Below are positions 33,921 through 43,946 of a stretch of 64,000 nt of DNA, one piece after another. Source of the DNA: a virus (lineage: Duplodnaviria > Caudoviricetes). The first letter of the stretch is position 1; each line of letters opens with the position of its first letter. The notes beneath the pieces are model-generated. The model saw nothing but the letters and a program-made list of their open reading frames with translations. It was not told the origin of the DNA and ran no database searches. The stretch is from IMG/VR virus record IMGVR_UViG_3300025410_000009; one strand, 5' to 3'. Both the position numbers and the translations under genes were made by a program.

Positions 33921-36609
33921 CAGTAAAAGTGCTGGATCCTATGTGTTTGCATAACACAGTGGTATCTGCATATAATCGGAATCCGCGTGTGCGTGCCTTG
34001 GTACAGAAATCAATATCCTCAGATATGGTGTTGGCATGATCAATTGCTGAGTGATACACAAAATGTGGGTACGGAATAGCTCTAAATACCTCGCCCTTGA
34101 TCAAGGCGCAGCCAAAGCCGCAACTGGCAATTTCCACTAATCCACGCCCACGAATCTTTTCGTAAGGTATGTGTGTGACTCCACCGCGATCATTGGGTTC
34201 ATACACTTCCAAGGTATGACGTCCAGGAATACGCTGTATATACAGACCAGACACAATGTCACAATCATGTGCCAACAGTTTGGACAGCGTATCGGGCGGG
34301 AAGGCCATGTCGCTGTCAACTGCAAACAAGTAATCATAACCTTTGACCACCCAGTCAGCAATCAAGTTACGCACTTGGTCAACATTGTAGCCGTAAAAAT
34401 ACTGGAACACAGCTTGGTATCCTGCAGGTATGACTAAATCATAAATGCTCTTGAATGTTTCAGCTTCAATATTTCTAGCTGTGGGAATGGCAATCAAGAT
34501 GGTTTTCTTTGCTTGTGCTGTAGGTGTTGGTGTTGCCACTATAGTTGGACTTGGTCGACGACTGATCACTGCAGCATTGATGTTTTGTGTAGTGGCATTG
34601 ACCTTGTAGTCGTTCAAGGGATTGACATCGTTGTAGTTGTACACAATGTCTTGTAGGCAACGTACTTGATCGGGATCGGCTGCTTCGATCAAACTGTAGA
34701 ATGTGCTGCCATCGCCGCCAGCACCATACCAGTTGCCAGCATCGTCTTGGAAGTTGCTGTCGGGAATGCCTGTGATCAACCGCTGTTTAAATGTACGCAG
34801 ATGTGTATAGGGCAATATCCAATTGAACTTGTGTTCGCGATAGGCTCGGCGTTGGCGTATGGCTTGTGGATAGGGCTGGCTGATCAGGGGAATGTTGTCG
34901 GCCATGCTCCAGCATGAACCGTAAGTGAATTCGGTATTGCCATCGTATACTGCATTGTAGTAAGTAAAGATGGTGTTGTCGTTGACTAGGCTGTCGTCGC
35001 CATCTAGTATCATGACAATGGATTCGGGATCGGGTAAAGATCTAAACACCGATAATTGGTTGGCCACTGCACCACGATTTTCAGTGTTTTCAATCACAGT
35101 GAATTTGGCTCTGATGTCATCGGGTAGTGCTGCCAGTGCGGCATGCAGGTTGGTTGATGTGGCATCAGTGCTGGCATCGTTTACCAGGTACACTTGATAG
35201 TTGTCATAGTCTTGTGCTGCGATACTGTCAATACATCTGGCGATGTAATTTTCGCAGTTGTAGAAAGTGCTCACTACCACAATGGGCTGTTCGCGACCGG
35301 GGCGATACGATTCCAGTTCAATAGTGTTGTGAAATCTGCGGCCGTAAATCTTGTGTATACGGCGATTGATTTGACTGACCTCACGATATTGGTCACGTGG
35401 CAAATATGCACCAATCTTTTTGTAAATGTGCTGTTGCCATTGTTGTGCCACGGTGCCCCATGAAGCTATGTCCTTGACAATGTTGCAGTAGTATTGTTTT
35501 TGCTGATGCAGGTAACGATCATTGTAGGCCCGTACAGTCATTTCAACAAACTTGTCAATTTGTGCATCTGTGTTGATATCAGGGAACAAGTTGTTGGGCT
35601 CTACTGGATAGTCTATTAGGTAGCAGGCACGCTCTAGTGCCACTTCTTCTAGCGCACCAAATCTACAGGTCAAGATTGGGGTATTGTACAACAGGCTTTC
35701 CAGTGCACTGATACCGTATGTTTCAGGAAACATGGCCGGGTAAATGGTGTAACTGGCCTGTGCCAAAGTTTCAGCTACCACACGCTGTGGTACAACTCCA
35801 GTGAACTCCATGTCCAAGGCCAAATTGGCTGGATCTGAACTCATGGCACGCCATTCAACTTCTTGTGCATCAGGTGCTGCAGTTGAACCGAATTTGTAAA
35901 AGCCACCTAAGATTTTTAATCGTGCTCGAGGCAGCAGTTTTTTGACTCGAGGCCACACACGTTTGACCAAGACTGACATGCCTTTGCTGACTGCAGCATT
36001 GTACACAAACAGGTCAGGATCCTTGGCCGTGATGTCTACTTCGGGTATGTAGTTCACTGCACCATTGCGTGTCATGAATATTTTGTTTTTGAGCACTTCA
36101 TAGTTGCGACGACGACCATGCTGGCAGTTGGTCACATATGTGGTATGGAAGTCACTGAGCGTAAAGATGTCGGTGATGCGATTGCTGACTGCCAATTCTT
36201 CAATTAGGTTGTCGCCCAAGCAAAAGGTGTCATGCATCCACAGTATACGCATCTTGGCGCGACTGACAATTCGATCATATAGATTCATACCAGCATAGGG
36301 CATGGCACGACCATCTCCCAAGCGGCCATAGTCTCTGGGATCGGTAAACGGAATCACAGTTCTAGAACTGATGACTACATCAAACGTCCAGTCTTGTGCT
36401 AGTTCACCGAGCAGTCGATAAGTGACTCCGTCGTAGACACCAGGCCGTGCAGTATCCGAGCAGTTGTTGAAAACTGTAACGTCAAAACCCAGCTGTTGTA
36501 ATTCACGTGCCATTAGTGTTGCGGCACTTTCGCTTCCACCCAAACCTTGTTTGGCCAAAGTAGACCCATCGTAGGGTATACCAATTATGTCGATGATGGC
36601 AATATTCAT
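33913..36609 (-). CDS. Multi-domain glycosyltransferase (GT4 + GT2 + GT2-like fusion)
   Basis: GLGGSE, WMHD, ETYGISALE (GT-B/GT4); STFYNCENYIARCIDSI...VNDASTD...ILDGDD (GT2); IAIPT...RN..A...LFAVDSD...GFGCALI...EDIDFC (GT-A). Start moved to MNIAII. Confidence 0.88.
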   Translation of the reverse strand: MNIAIIDIIGIPYDGSTLAKQGLGGSESAATLMARELQQLGFDVTVFNNCSDTARPGVYDGVTYRLLGELAQDWTFDVVISSRTVIPFTDPRDYGRLGDGRAMPYAGMNLYDRIVSRAKMRILWMHDTFCLGDNLIEELAVSNRITDIFTLSDFHTTYVTNCQHGRRRNYEVLKNKIFMTRNGAVNYIPEVDITAKDPDLFVYNAAVSKGMSVLVKRVWPRVKKLLPRARLKILGGFYKFGSTAAPDAQEVEWRAMSSDPANLALDMEFTGVVPQRVVAETLAQASYTIYPAMFPETYGISALESLLYNTPILTCRFGALEEVALERACYLIDYPVEPNNLFPDINTDAQIDKFVEMTVRAYNDRYLHQQKQYYCNIVKDIASWGTVAQQWQQHIYKKIGAYLPRDQYREVSQINRRIHKIYGRRFHNTIELESYRPGREQPIVVVSTFYNCENYIARCIDSIAAQDYDNYQVYLVNDASTDATSTNLHAALAALPDDIRAKFTVIENTENRGAVANQLSVFRSLPDPESIVMILDGDDSLVNDNTIFTYYNAVYDGNTEFTYGSCWSMADNIPLISQPYPQAIRQRRAYREHKFNWILPYTHLRTFKQRLITGIPDSNFQDDAGNWYGAGGDGSTFYSLIEAADPDQVRCLQDIVYNYNDVNPLNDYKVNATTQNINAAVISRRPSPTIVATPTPTAQAKKTILIAIPTARNIEAETFKSIYDLVIPAGYQAVFQYFYGYNVDQVRNLIADWVVKGYDYLFAVDSDMAFPPDTLSKLLAHDCDIVSGLYIQRIPGRHTLEVYEPNDRGGVTHIPYEKIRGRGLVEIASCGFGCALIKGEVFRAIPYPHFVYHSAIDHANTISEDIDFCTKARTRGFRLYADTTVLCKHIGSSTFTVE

Positions 36610-36669
36610 GCATTTATTTACTGTGTGCCGAAAGGGTATCATAAATTTTGATTCGAAAAAATATCTGAG

Positions 36670-36699
36670 TTGACATTTTTACCCTATAAATATTACTAT
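36670..36699 (+). promoter_or_regulatory. TATAAATA late promoter (36685-36692), overlapping a possible TTGACA sigma70 element, upstream of the carbamoyltransferase
   Basis: Exact late consensus. A divergent AGTAAATA at 36615-36622 serves the GT fusion gene. Confidence 0.6.
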
Positions 36700-36719
36700 C
36701 AATTAACAGGAATTTCAAT

Positions 36720-38543
36720 ATGTCAGTTTGGATAGCAGGTATCACACGCGGCCACAACGGGGCCGTTTGCCTTTTACGAGATGGTGAAATTGTGTTTGCC
36801 ATTGAAGAAGAGCGGTTGACTCGACTAAAGTATGACGGCTCGCCCATGGCAGCAATGACCAAGATTTTAGAGTATACTGATCGTCTAGACTACATGGTCA
36901 TGGCACATACTGATCAGCTGGGATCGCAAGGAAAAGTTGATTATACTGCAGAAGATGTGTACACCAGTCTAGCCAGAAAATTAAAATTAATTGGGCCTAT
37001 TAATAGAGACTTACCGCTAAATTCAAACAACACCATTGCCCATCCGCAAGTGATTGATTTGGGCACCATGCATCATCGTTTACATGCTGCGTGTGCGTTC
37101 TATCGTTCAGGATTTGATCAGGCCACAGCAGTTATAGTTGATGGCGCCGGAAGTGTATATTGGCGTGGAAATGATCGTCAGTGGGAAGTTGAAAGTATTT
37201 TTACCTGTAGTTACCCAAACATACTTGATACTGTGTTTGCACATAGAGCAGGCAAAGGCCCATGGGCCAGTAGCTATTTCAGCAAATTTAAAGATTCAGA
37301 CGCACCACCAGATGCAAATACATTTGAGTTATTAGATGATGCATCTGTGGGCATTGTTAAAGCCTACGAAGCGGTGACATCATATTGCGGTTGGGGCGAA
37401 ATTGAGGCTGGTAAGACCATGGGTTTATCACCATATGGGCGACCAAATGCAAATATTCCGCCCATCTATAACGATGCTGCCGGCTCTTGGATACACGGTA
37501 ACCGAGATTTATTTGTCACCAACTACCCGCAAGCGGCTTATGTAAACATTGGAGAATGTCCAGAATTAGACGACCCAGCCGAAGTACGAGAATCTATAGT
37601 CGATGTGACCATGCTACAAAATCGCAGAGATCTTGCGTATGCAGTTCAAACACAAAGCCAAGAGGCGGTATTAAAAATTATACTCAAGGCTGTGGAAAAA
37701 ACTGGATGTAAAAATGTTGTACTGTCTGGCGGTTATGGATTAAACTGTGTTGCCAACTATTACTACCTAACTAAACTAAATGAGCTGGGCATTAATCTTT
37801 ATGTTGAGCCCATCAGCAGTGATGCAGGAACCAGCATTGGTGCCGCGCTGTTTGTTCACCATAGTATAATGAATACCGAGCGTCCAAAACCTAGGGCATC
37901 AAGTTTGTACTTGGGTTTTGAATACACATATTCAGCTGATGATATTCGTGCTGTGGCCGAAAAGTATCAAGCTGAAACAAGCACGGTGACCAATCATGAT
38001 GTGGTGCAGTTGTTACGCAACCGTAACATTGTGGCGGTGTTCCGAGGTCGTAGTGAAAGTGGCCCTAGAGCACTGGGCAATCGCAGTATCTTGTTTGATC
38101 CCACTGTGCCCAACGGCAAAGATTTTGTCAACAGCGTTAAACATCGAGAATATTTTAGACCTTTTGCCGGCAGTATCTTGCACGAACATGTCAACGAGTG
38201 GTTTGACATGCGCGGCATGGAAGAGAGCCCGCACATGATGTATGCTGTCAACTGCCAACCCGGCAAAGGTGAGCTTGTTCCCAGCATTATTCATGTGGAC
38301 GGTACTTGCCGTATTCAAACAGTCAAGCGTGAACAAAATCCGCTATATTACGATTTGATATCAGATTTTTATGCCGAGTCGGGTGTTCCTGTTATTTTTA
38401 ACACCAGCTTTAACCTGGGCGGCGAACCTTTAGTGGAAACACTGGATGATGCTGTACGCACTTTGGCCAATAGCGATATTGAATATCTGTATCTCATGGA
38501 ATTCCAAACCCTAATTACTGTAAAAAATCATACTGGAGATTAA
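36720..38543 (+). CDS. O-carbamoyltransferase (NodU/CmcH/NovN family)
   Basis: HNGAVCL, EEERLTRLK, HHRLHA, IVDG.G, GKTMGLSPYG, GGYGLNC, GPRALGNRS, NTSFN..GEPLV. Confidence 0.92.
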   Translation: MSVWIAGITRGHNGAVCLLRDGEIVFAIEEERLTRLKYDGSPMAAMTKILEYTDRLDYMVMAHTDQLGSQGKVDYTAEDVYTSLARKLKLIGPINRDLPLNSNNTIAHPQVIDLGTMHHRLHAACAFYRSGFDQATAVIVDGAGSVYWRGNDRQWEVESIFTCSYPNILDTVFAHRAGKGPWASSYFSKFKDSDAPPDANTFELLDDASVGIVKAYEAVTSYCGWGEIEAGKTMGLSPYGRPNANIPPIYNDAAGSWIHGNRDLFVTNYPQAAYVNIGECPELDDPAEVRESIVDVTMLQNRRDLAYAVQTQSQEAVLKIILKAVEKTGCKNVVLSGGYGLNCVANYYYLTKLNELGINLYVEPISSDAGTSIGAALFVHHSIMNTERPKPRASSLYLGFEYTYSADDIRAVAEKYQAETSTVTNHDVVQLLRNRNIVAVFRGRSESGPRALGNRSILFDPTVPNGKDFVNSVKHREYFRPFAGSILHEHVNEWFDMRGMEESPHMMYAVNCQPGKGELVPSIIHVDGTCRIQTVKREQNPLYYDLISDFYAESGVPVIFNTSFNLGGEPLVETLDDAVRTLANSDIEYLYLMEFQTLITVKNHTGD

Positions 38544-38544
38544 C

Positions 38545-39669
38545 TTGACACGACCACGAGCATATTTCATTAACGGCGGCGCTGGCCGTGTGATTGCATC
38601 TATTCCAGCGTTTGAACAATTGGCCAAAGTGGACAAAGACTTTATCATTGTTTGCGAAGGCGGCAGCGACCTCTATCGTGGGCACCCAGTGTTAGACCGC
38701 AGAGTATTTGAACACTGGCACAAGGGACTGTTCAATGATCACCTCAAACATCGTGACTTGATCACCCCCGAACCCTACCGCGTATGGGAATACTACAATC
38801 AAAAATGTAGTCTAGCGCAGGCTTTTGATATTGCCATCAATAACCAAGGTGTTCGCAATTTGCCGCCACCAAGTTTGCATTTAAACAAAATGGAAATTGC
38901 AGATGCTTACAAAATAACACAGGATATTCGTAGCAAGCTGGGGTTTGAAAAATTAGTTGTTGTGCAGCCGTTTGGTCGTAGTGTCAGCAACAGTGGCGGT
39001 TTGATTGTGGATCCCACATCAAGAAGTATTGCTCAGCAAGATCTAATAGAGCTAGTGAATATCTTGAAGAAAGACTATGGTGTTGTTGTCATGAGCGAAT
39101 TGGGCGATGTGCTAGGCGACAGCAATCAGGGAGTGGCCCAGCCCAGAATTCCGCATATACGTATTTGGGCAGCGGTAATTGAGTTATCAGATCACTTCAT
39201 TGGCTGTGACAGCGTGGGTCAACACATAGCTCGTGCACTGGGCAAAACTGCCACTGTGGTCACAGGATCAACATTTCCCATCAATGTAAGCTATCCCGAT
39301 TGCAGCGATTTTGACATTATTGATGCTGGTGCTAAAACAAGACAGTATAGTCCCATTAGAATCTCCATGGAAGATCATATCGAGCGCAACAACGACCAGT
39401 GCATGGAACTGACTTCAGACATGAAATCACAGATCTTGAAAAGTGCTAGAAAACGATTGGGTAAATCAGTTAAGTCAAGTGCAAAAAATACAACATTGTC
39501 ACCAAATTATACCAATACACACTCGCACCATGAGCATGTTTTAACTTGCGACACTGCAGTAAGACCTGAACCTGGTTTTGCTATGAATCCGATTTCTCAA
39601 ACTATAACTGCAGAAAACACCTACATGAAGCCAGCAGAGTCTATCACACTAACTGCTACCGGTGTTTAA
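38545..39669 (+). CDS. GT9-like (GT-B) glycosyltransferase
   Basis: TTG start. FIGCDSVGQHIARALG matches the GT9 C-terminal motif; N-terminal GGAGRVIASIPA. Confidence 0.65.
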   Translation: MTRPRAYFINGGAGRVIASIPAFEQLAKVDKDFIIVCEGGSDLYRGHPVLDRRVFEHWHKGLFNDHLKHRDLITPEPYRVWEYYNQKCSLAQAFDIAINNQGVRNLPPPSLHLNKMEIADAYKITQDIRSKLGFEKLVVVQPFGRSVSNSGGLIVDPTSRSIAQQDLIELVNILKKDYGVVVMSELGDVLGDSNQGVAQPRIPHIRIWAAVIELSDHFIGCDSVGQHIARALGKTATVVTGSTFPINVSYPDCSDFDIIDAGAKTRQYSPIRISMEDHIERNNDQCMELTSDMKSQILKSARKRLGKSVKSSAKNTTLSPNYTNTHSHHEHVLTCDTAVRPEPGFAMNPISQTITAENTYMKPAESITLTATGV

Positions 39670-40406
39670 CCAGTCCACTGCTGTCGAGATTGGCTTAGTA
39701 GTTGATTTGGAGCTAAAGAAGCTGATGGATTTACATAAGCCGATGTCAAGAATATAAATGTGGTGCCACCACTATTAATATTGCCATCGGTTGACAGCGA
39801 TACACCGCCGCTGGTGTTGATAGTTAGGAATGCGGTAACTGAACTGGTTACTGGGGTAGACATCCAGGTTATTGGCACTGAAGTAAATGCCGATCCCGTA
39901 GTAGGATAATTCCAAGTTGATACTATAGCCAAGCCACCATCGTAGTCAGGCATGGTTGTAGTGGTTGCAATGGTTAACTCATTTATAGGATGTCGACGAG
40001 CATCAGCAAAGACCACTTGTCCTTCCATGTACGGAGTCCAAGATCCGGTTAAAGGTGTATTAAATGTCCAAGGACTATTGCCATTGTAACTGGCAGCATT
40101 GTAAATAGCAAAATCTAATTCAATGATACGTCCCTGATACCAGTAGTCCATGCTAAAATTAAGACTACCACGAACCAGCCGCGAATTGGCCAATTGTAAA
40201 TTTGCTGACCACGGATTGGTGGGATTTCCGTGTCCGTATAGTACTACATTGTCTGCAGGGTAACCCGATGGAACAAACTCAAGCGAGTCTTGAGTTTGAC
40301 TTATAATATTACCCCACCCAGCAACAAAGACTGGGTTACCCGTAACAGTTATTTGTAGTTCCTGATTCGGATTAGGGTAACTCGGATTTAATTCACCAAT
40401 TGGCAT
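39666..40406 (-). CDS. Hypothetical virion protein
   Basis: 246 aa, Thr/Ser/Asn-rich, beta-type composition. Confidence 0.55.
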   Translation of the reverse strand: MPIGELNPSYPNPNQELQITVTGNPVFVAGWGNIISQTQDSLEFVPSGYPADNVVLYGHGNPTNPWSANLQLANSRLVRGSLNFSMDYWYQGRIIELDFAIYNAASYNGNSPWTFNTPLTGSWTPYMEGQVVFADARRHPINELTIATTTTMPDYDGGLAIVSTWNYPTTGSAFTSVPITWMSTPVTSSVTAFLTINTSGGVSLSTDGNINSGGTTFIFLTSAYVNPSASLAPNQLLSQSRQQWTG

Positions 40407-40418
40407 ATACCGTCCAGG

Positions 40419-42623
40419 TTACGCGGCTGCTACAGTACCAACAATCTTGGCATTGGCGCTAGAAATAACCACAATACCCACAATGGTATCAGCTGATGTA
40501 GATGTTGTAACTGTGGCTGCATAAGTGCCATTGTTAAATGTAATACCCGGAGTTGCAGTTTGTCCCACAATTGACAACGTGACTGTGGTAGCTATACGCT
40601 GTCCTGCATAGTTATACACATTGACTGTAATGTTACCGTTTATGTTACTACCAGTATACACAAAACTAGTGGTAGGTGCAGTAATTATCAAGGTCTCGCC
40701 GACACTGGCTGAAATAACATCAATGTAATTTGATGTCACGTTAGATGTCAAATTAGCAGTAGTATAAACTGTGTTAGCAGTCCAACCACCATTGTTGTTA
40801 ATAGTTGTTGTATCTACCACTTGTGTAGCCCAACGACCGTTGTGATCTTTAAACAATCTGCTGGCAATGTAAGGCATGGTGCTTTGATATTGATACAGCC
40901 CGGTTGTGGCATTCAGGGTCAACACAATGTCGTTACCAAATGTAGCACCAGCATATACTGTGTTCCAGTAGGTGTCCAAGGGGCAGAAATATCTAGGTGC
41001 ATAGGTTGCTAGTGATACATAGCCTAGGTAATAGGCATTGAATCCAACATCATCTAGGCTCCAGCTCCATACTCTAAACATGGCACCAGCACCAGAATCC
41101 AAGTTAAATGTATTAGCAATACTCACTAAACCGGTACCGTTGGTGTTATACACGCCCATGTGCAGGCGTTTGACACTGTTGGTGTCTACGCTGTACCACA
41201 CACGATTGACAGTTTGTCTACGGAAGCTGGCATTGTTCAATTGACTGTTAGCAGTGCCGTTGTGGCCCAGTGCAGTATAGATTGATGTAATCTGCGCTGC
41301 GGTCATTGACTGTAAAGTGTAGGCTTGAGCTGCTGCTGCACCAGTTGACGAGGTAAGAGTGTATCTACTGATGGTCATGGTATTAGCAGTATCTGCACCA
41401 CCAAATGCAATGTGGTAGAATCTATAGGCCACTGTGTCATCTTGGTCCGGCTGTGATGGAATTATTAGTCCACTAATACCTTTCTTGATGTTGTAAACCA
41501 CTGTGGTCACAGTGGTATTGGCATTATATTGACGCAAGGTCAAACGCACGTTTCCAGATGTAGTGGTGTCTACCCCTTGTACACCGCCGTTAAGAGCATT
41601 GTAGTGGAAGTACCATTTGAACGGAGGTGCATTTTGTATCAATGTTCTAACACCGTATTCAGCAGTACCGCTGGCAACGCCATAGTTAACGTAATTCCCG
41701 TAAACATTATTTGAGCAGACCCCGCTAAAACTACATGTAGAAGCAACACATAGATTGACCCGACAAGTAGTACCATAGTATAATTGATCAGCTATTGAAT
41801 TTGATTGTAATCCGGCAATGGTGCATTGAGCAGGAAAATTAACAAGAGCATAGTTACAACTACCTCCTCCCCCTTGATTACATGGGCAAACGGCATTCGG
41901 TACTGTATAATTTGTGGGTGTGTCACCGTAGGTGTATTCAGGCATGGGGAAACAATTGGCATAGCAATTGGCACAGCATCCTTGTACGAATGCCAATTGA
42001 TACATGTTTGATTGTGGCACAAAGCAAGAAAAATTCCCACCAGTGTCCTGTACTATCAAATAATTATACATGGCACAACAGTTAGTGGCGTTATTGCAAC
42101 CTGAAATTGAATAACAACTAATGCTGCCGTACGGCAATGCTTGTGTGTTAGTGTTACTGGGTGTAGGACATACCAATGTAATAATCCCATTCCATGCAGC
42201 ACAGGTTTGGCAACTACCAGGCAAAACGCAGCCGGTTAGGCAAGCAGTGCTGGTGCTGGTGTTTATTTGATAACATGCTGGGCCTTGGCAAGTTTGATTT
42301 TTAAAAGTTGTAATATTATTAACGCTTTGGTTAGTGCCATAATACAAAAAGCAGCCGGCTGCGTACTCACCACTGAATCTACTGCCCAATAAGTCAAATG
42401 TGCTACCTTGGTATGTGGGTTCAAACAAGCTGTCTACTGCCAGCGGGGCCACCGTACAGCCCAAATCAATACAGGCTGGATTATATTGGTAGTTGCCTAC
42501 CTGTTCCAAACTGTTAGAGACTGTGTAAAATGCTCCATTGATGGTGTAATTGGTGCCACGATAACCATACTGTATGGTTTTTTCTGTTGGTGGTGGTAGA
42601 TATCTTTGATAAAACTTTGCCAT
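40419..42623 (-). CDS. Virion-like protein with a Cys-rich N-terminal domain
   Basis: 27 Cys in about 253 aa (nt 42473-41715), then a beta-rich region and an Ig-like C-terminus. Confidence 0.65.
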   Translation of the reverse strand: MAKFYQRYLPPPTEKTIQYGYRGTNYTINGAFYTVSNSLEQVGNYQYNPACIDLGCTVAPLAVDSLFEPTYQGSTFDLLGSRFSGEYAAGCFLYYGTNQSVNNITTFKNQTCQGPACYQINTSTSTACLTGCVLPGSCQTCAAWNGIITLVCPTPSNTNTQALPYGSISCYSISGCNNATNCCAMYNYLIVQDTGGNFSCFVPQSNMYQLAFVQGCCANCYANCFPMPEYTYGDTPTNYTVPNAVCPCNQGGGGSCNYALVNFPAQCTIAGLQSNSIADQLYYGTTCRVNLCVASTCSFSGVCSNNVYGNYVNYGVASGTAEYGVRTLIQNAPPFKWYFHYNALNGGVQGVDTTTSGNVRLTLRQYNANTTVTTVVYNIKKGISGLIIPSQPDQDDTVAYRFYHIAFGGADTANTMTISRYTLTSSTGAAAAQAYTLQSMTAAQITSIYTALGHNGTANSQLNNASFRRQTVNRVWYSVDTNSVKRLHMGVYNTNGTGLVSIANTFNLDSGAGAMFRVWSWSLDDVGFNAYYLGYVSLATYAPRYFCPLDTYWNTVYAGATFGNDIVLTLNATTGLYQYQSTMPYIASRLFKDHNGRWATQVVDTTTINNNGGWTANTVYTTANLTSNVTSNYIDVISASVGETLIITAPTTSFVYTGSNINGNITVNVYNYAGQRIATTVTLSIVGQTATPGITFNNGTYAATVTTSTSADTIVGIVVISSANAKIVGTVAAA

Positions 42624-42625
42624 TA

Positions 42626-42853
42626 TTATACTCCGGGTGTGCTGTCAACGTTGTTGTTGTCGGTTTCAGGTGGATCAAGAAACAAATGAGACATATGAGT
42701 CAAGGCCCAATCTCTAGCTTCTTGTTCGTTTTGCCATGGCACAGGATCACCCCAGGTGGGACGCAAGGGTTGATGTAACACATCCTGCCCAATTGAAGGG
42801 TCGCGAACAATCAAAATGTTATTTTGAAATATGATCTCATGTTTAACTGCCAT
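42626..42853 (-). CDS. Small protein, paralog of 33723-33920
   Basis: VLHQPLRP...WQNEQEARDWA motif. Confidence 0.6.
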   Translation of the reverse strand: MAVKHEIIFQNNILIVRDPSIGQDVLHQPLRPTWGDPVPWQNEQEARDWALTHMSHLFLDPPETDNNNVDSTPGV

Positions 42854-42867
42854 TTAAATTCTCCAAA

Positions 42868-43884
42868 TTAGTAAGTGGTATAGGTCAAAGTCACATACAA
42901 ATCACTGGCATACAATCCATTATTGGTAACAACGATATAAATGTAATCATTGCTGGTTGTGGTGCTCCAAGGTGATGTATTGCTGGCTGGACCTGTTCCA
43001 GTAAATGATATATTTGATACAGTTACATCATTCAATAAAATATTTAGCTGAACGGGCTGTGTACCCGATGCTAGCACATAGGCTGTGGCCGAACTCACAG
43101 CAATTCTGCGGCCGGGATACCATCTTGTGGTATACGAAGTGCTGTAGCCCACTGGCAGCGTGCCCGGAGTATAAACTGTGTTGCTCAAGGATGGATTGGA
43201 TCCAATTGATGCTCCGTTGGCCAGTAGACTCAGCACGTTGCCCACGTTGCTGTTGAACACTATGTTGCCCGACAACACCGGACTGGTCATGGTTATTGTG
43301 CCTGCAGGATCAGTGGTGATCTTGGCATTGCCTATGCCAAAATTTACATTGGCTGAATTAAGACTACCGCCTACGTAGACGTTGCCCACAATGCCAGCAC
43401 CACCTGCAATTTGTAAGGCACCAGTAGTGGTACTGGTACTGGAAGTGGTATTGGTTGTAAACAACACATTGTTGGAGTTTAAGTTTCCACCTCCGGAACT
43501 GCCAGTATAACCTTGTATGCCTTGACTGCCGGTATAGCCATTGAAACCGGCTGATCCAGTGTAACCTTTACTGCCAGTGTAACCCACACTACCGGCGTAA
43601 CCAGGAGCGGTACTGGCTGAACCAGTGTAGCCCGTGGATCCAGTATAACCTATTGAACCGGTATAGCCAGGAGCAGTACTGGCTGATCCGGTGTAACCTG
43701 TTGAGCCAGTGTAGCCCACACCCTGTGATCCGGTGTAACCCACTGATCCAGTGTAACCGGTACTGCCAGCATAACCCACAACCGGAGTCACTGCTGCAAT
43801 CCAGCCCACACCGTTCCAGGTCCAGGTCATGGTACCGTAAACATACGTTTGGCCTATCGAGGTTGGGACTGGAAAGTTTATCAT
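42868..43884 (-). CDS. Short fibre protein with GYTGS triplet repeats
   Basis: N-terminal FP..TWTWNG.GW module, (GYT-GSx)n, [16 protein letters not shown] repeat, C-terminal beta-sandwich. Confidence 0.7.
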   Translation of the reverse strand: MINFPVPTSIGQTYVYGTMTWTWNGVGWIAAVTPVVGYAGSTGYTGSVGYTGSQGVGYTGSTGYTGSASTAPGYTGSIGYTGSTGYTGSASTAPGYAGSVGYTGSKGYTGSAGFNGYTGSQGIQGYTGSSGGGNLNSNNVLFTTNTTSSTSTTTGALQIAGGAGIVGNVYVGGSLNSANVNFGIGNAKITTDPAGTITMTSPVLSGNIVFNSNVGNVLSLLANGASIGSNPSLSNTVYTPGTLPVGYSTSYTTRWYPGRRIAVSSATAYVLASGTQPVQLNILLNDVTVSNISFTGTGPASNTSPWSTTTSNDYIYIVVTNNGLYASDLYVTLTYTTY

Positions 43885-43946
43885 GTTTAGTTAATGCTTT
43901 AGTTTGTATTTACCAGAATTTTGTTATAGTGTATGTACGGTTGAAT

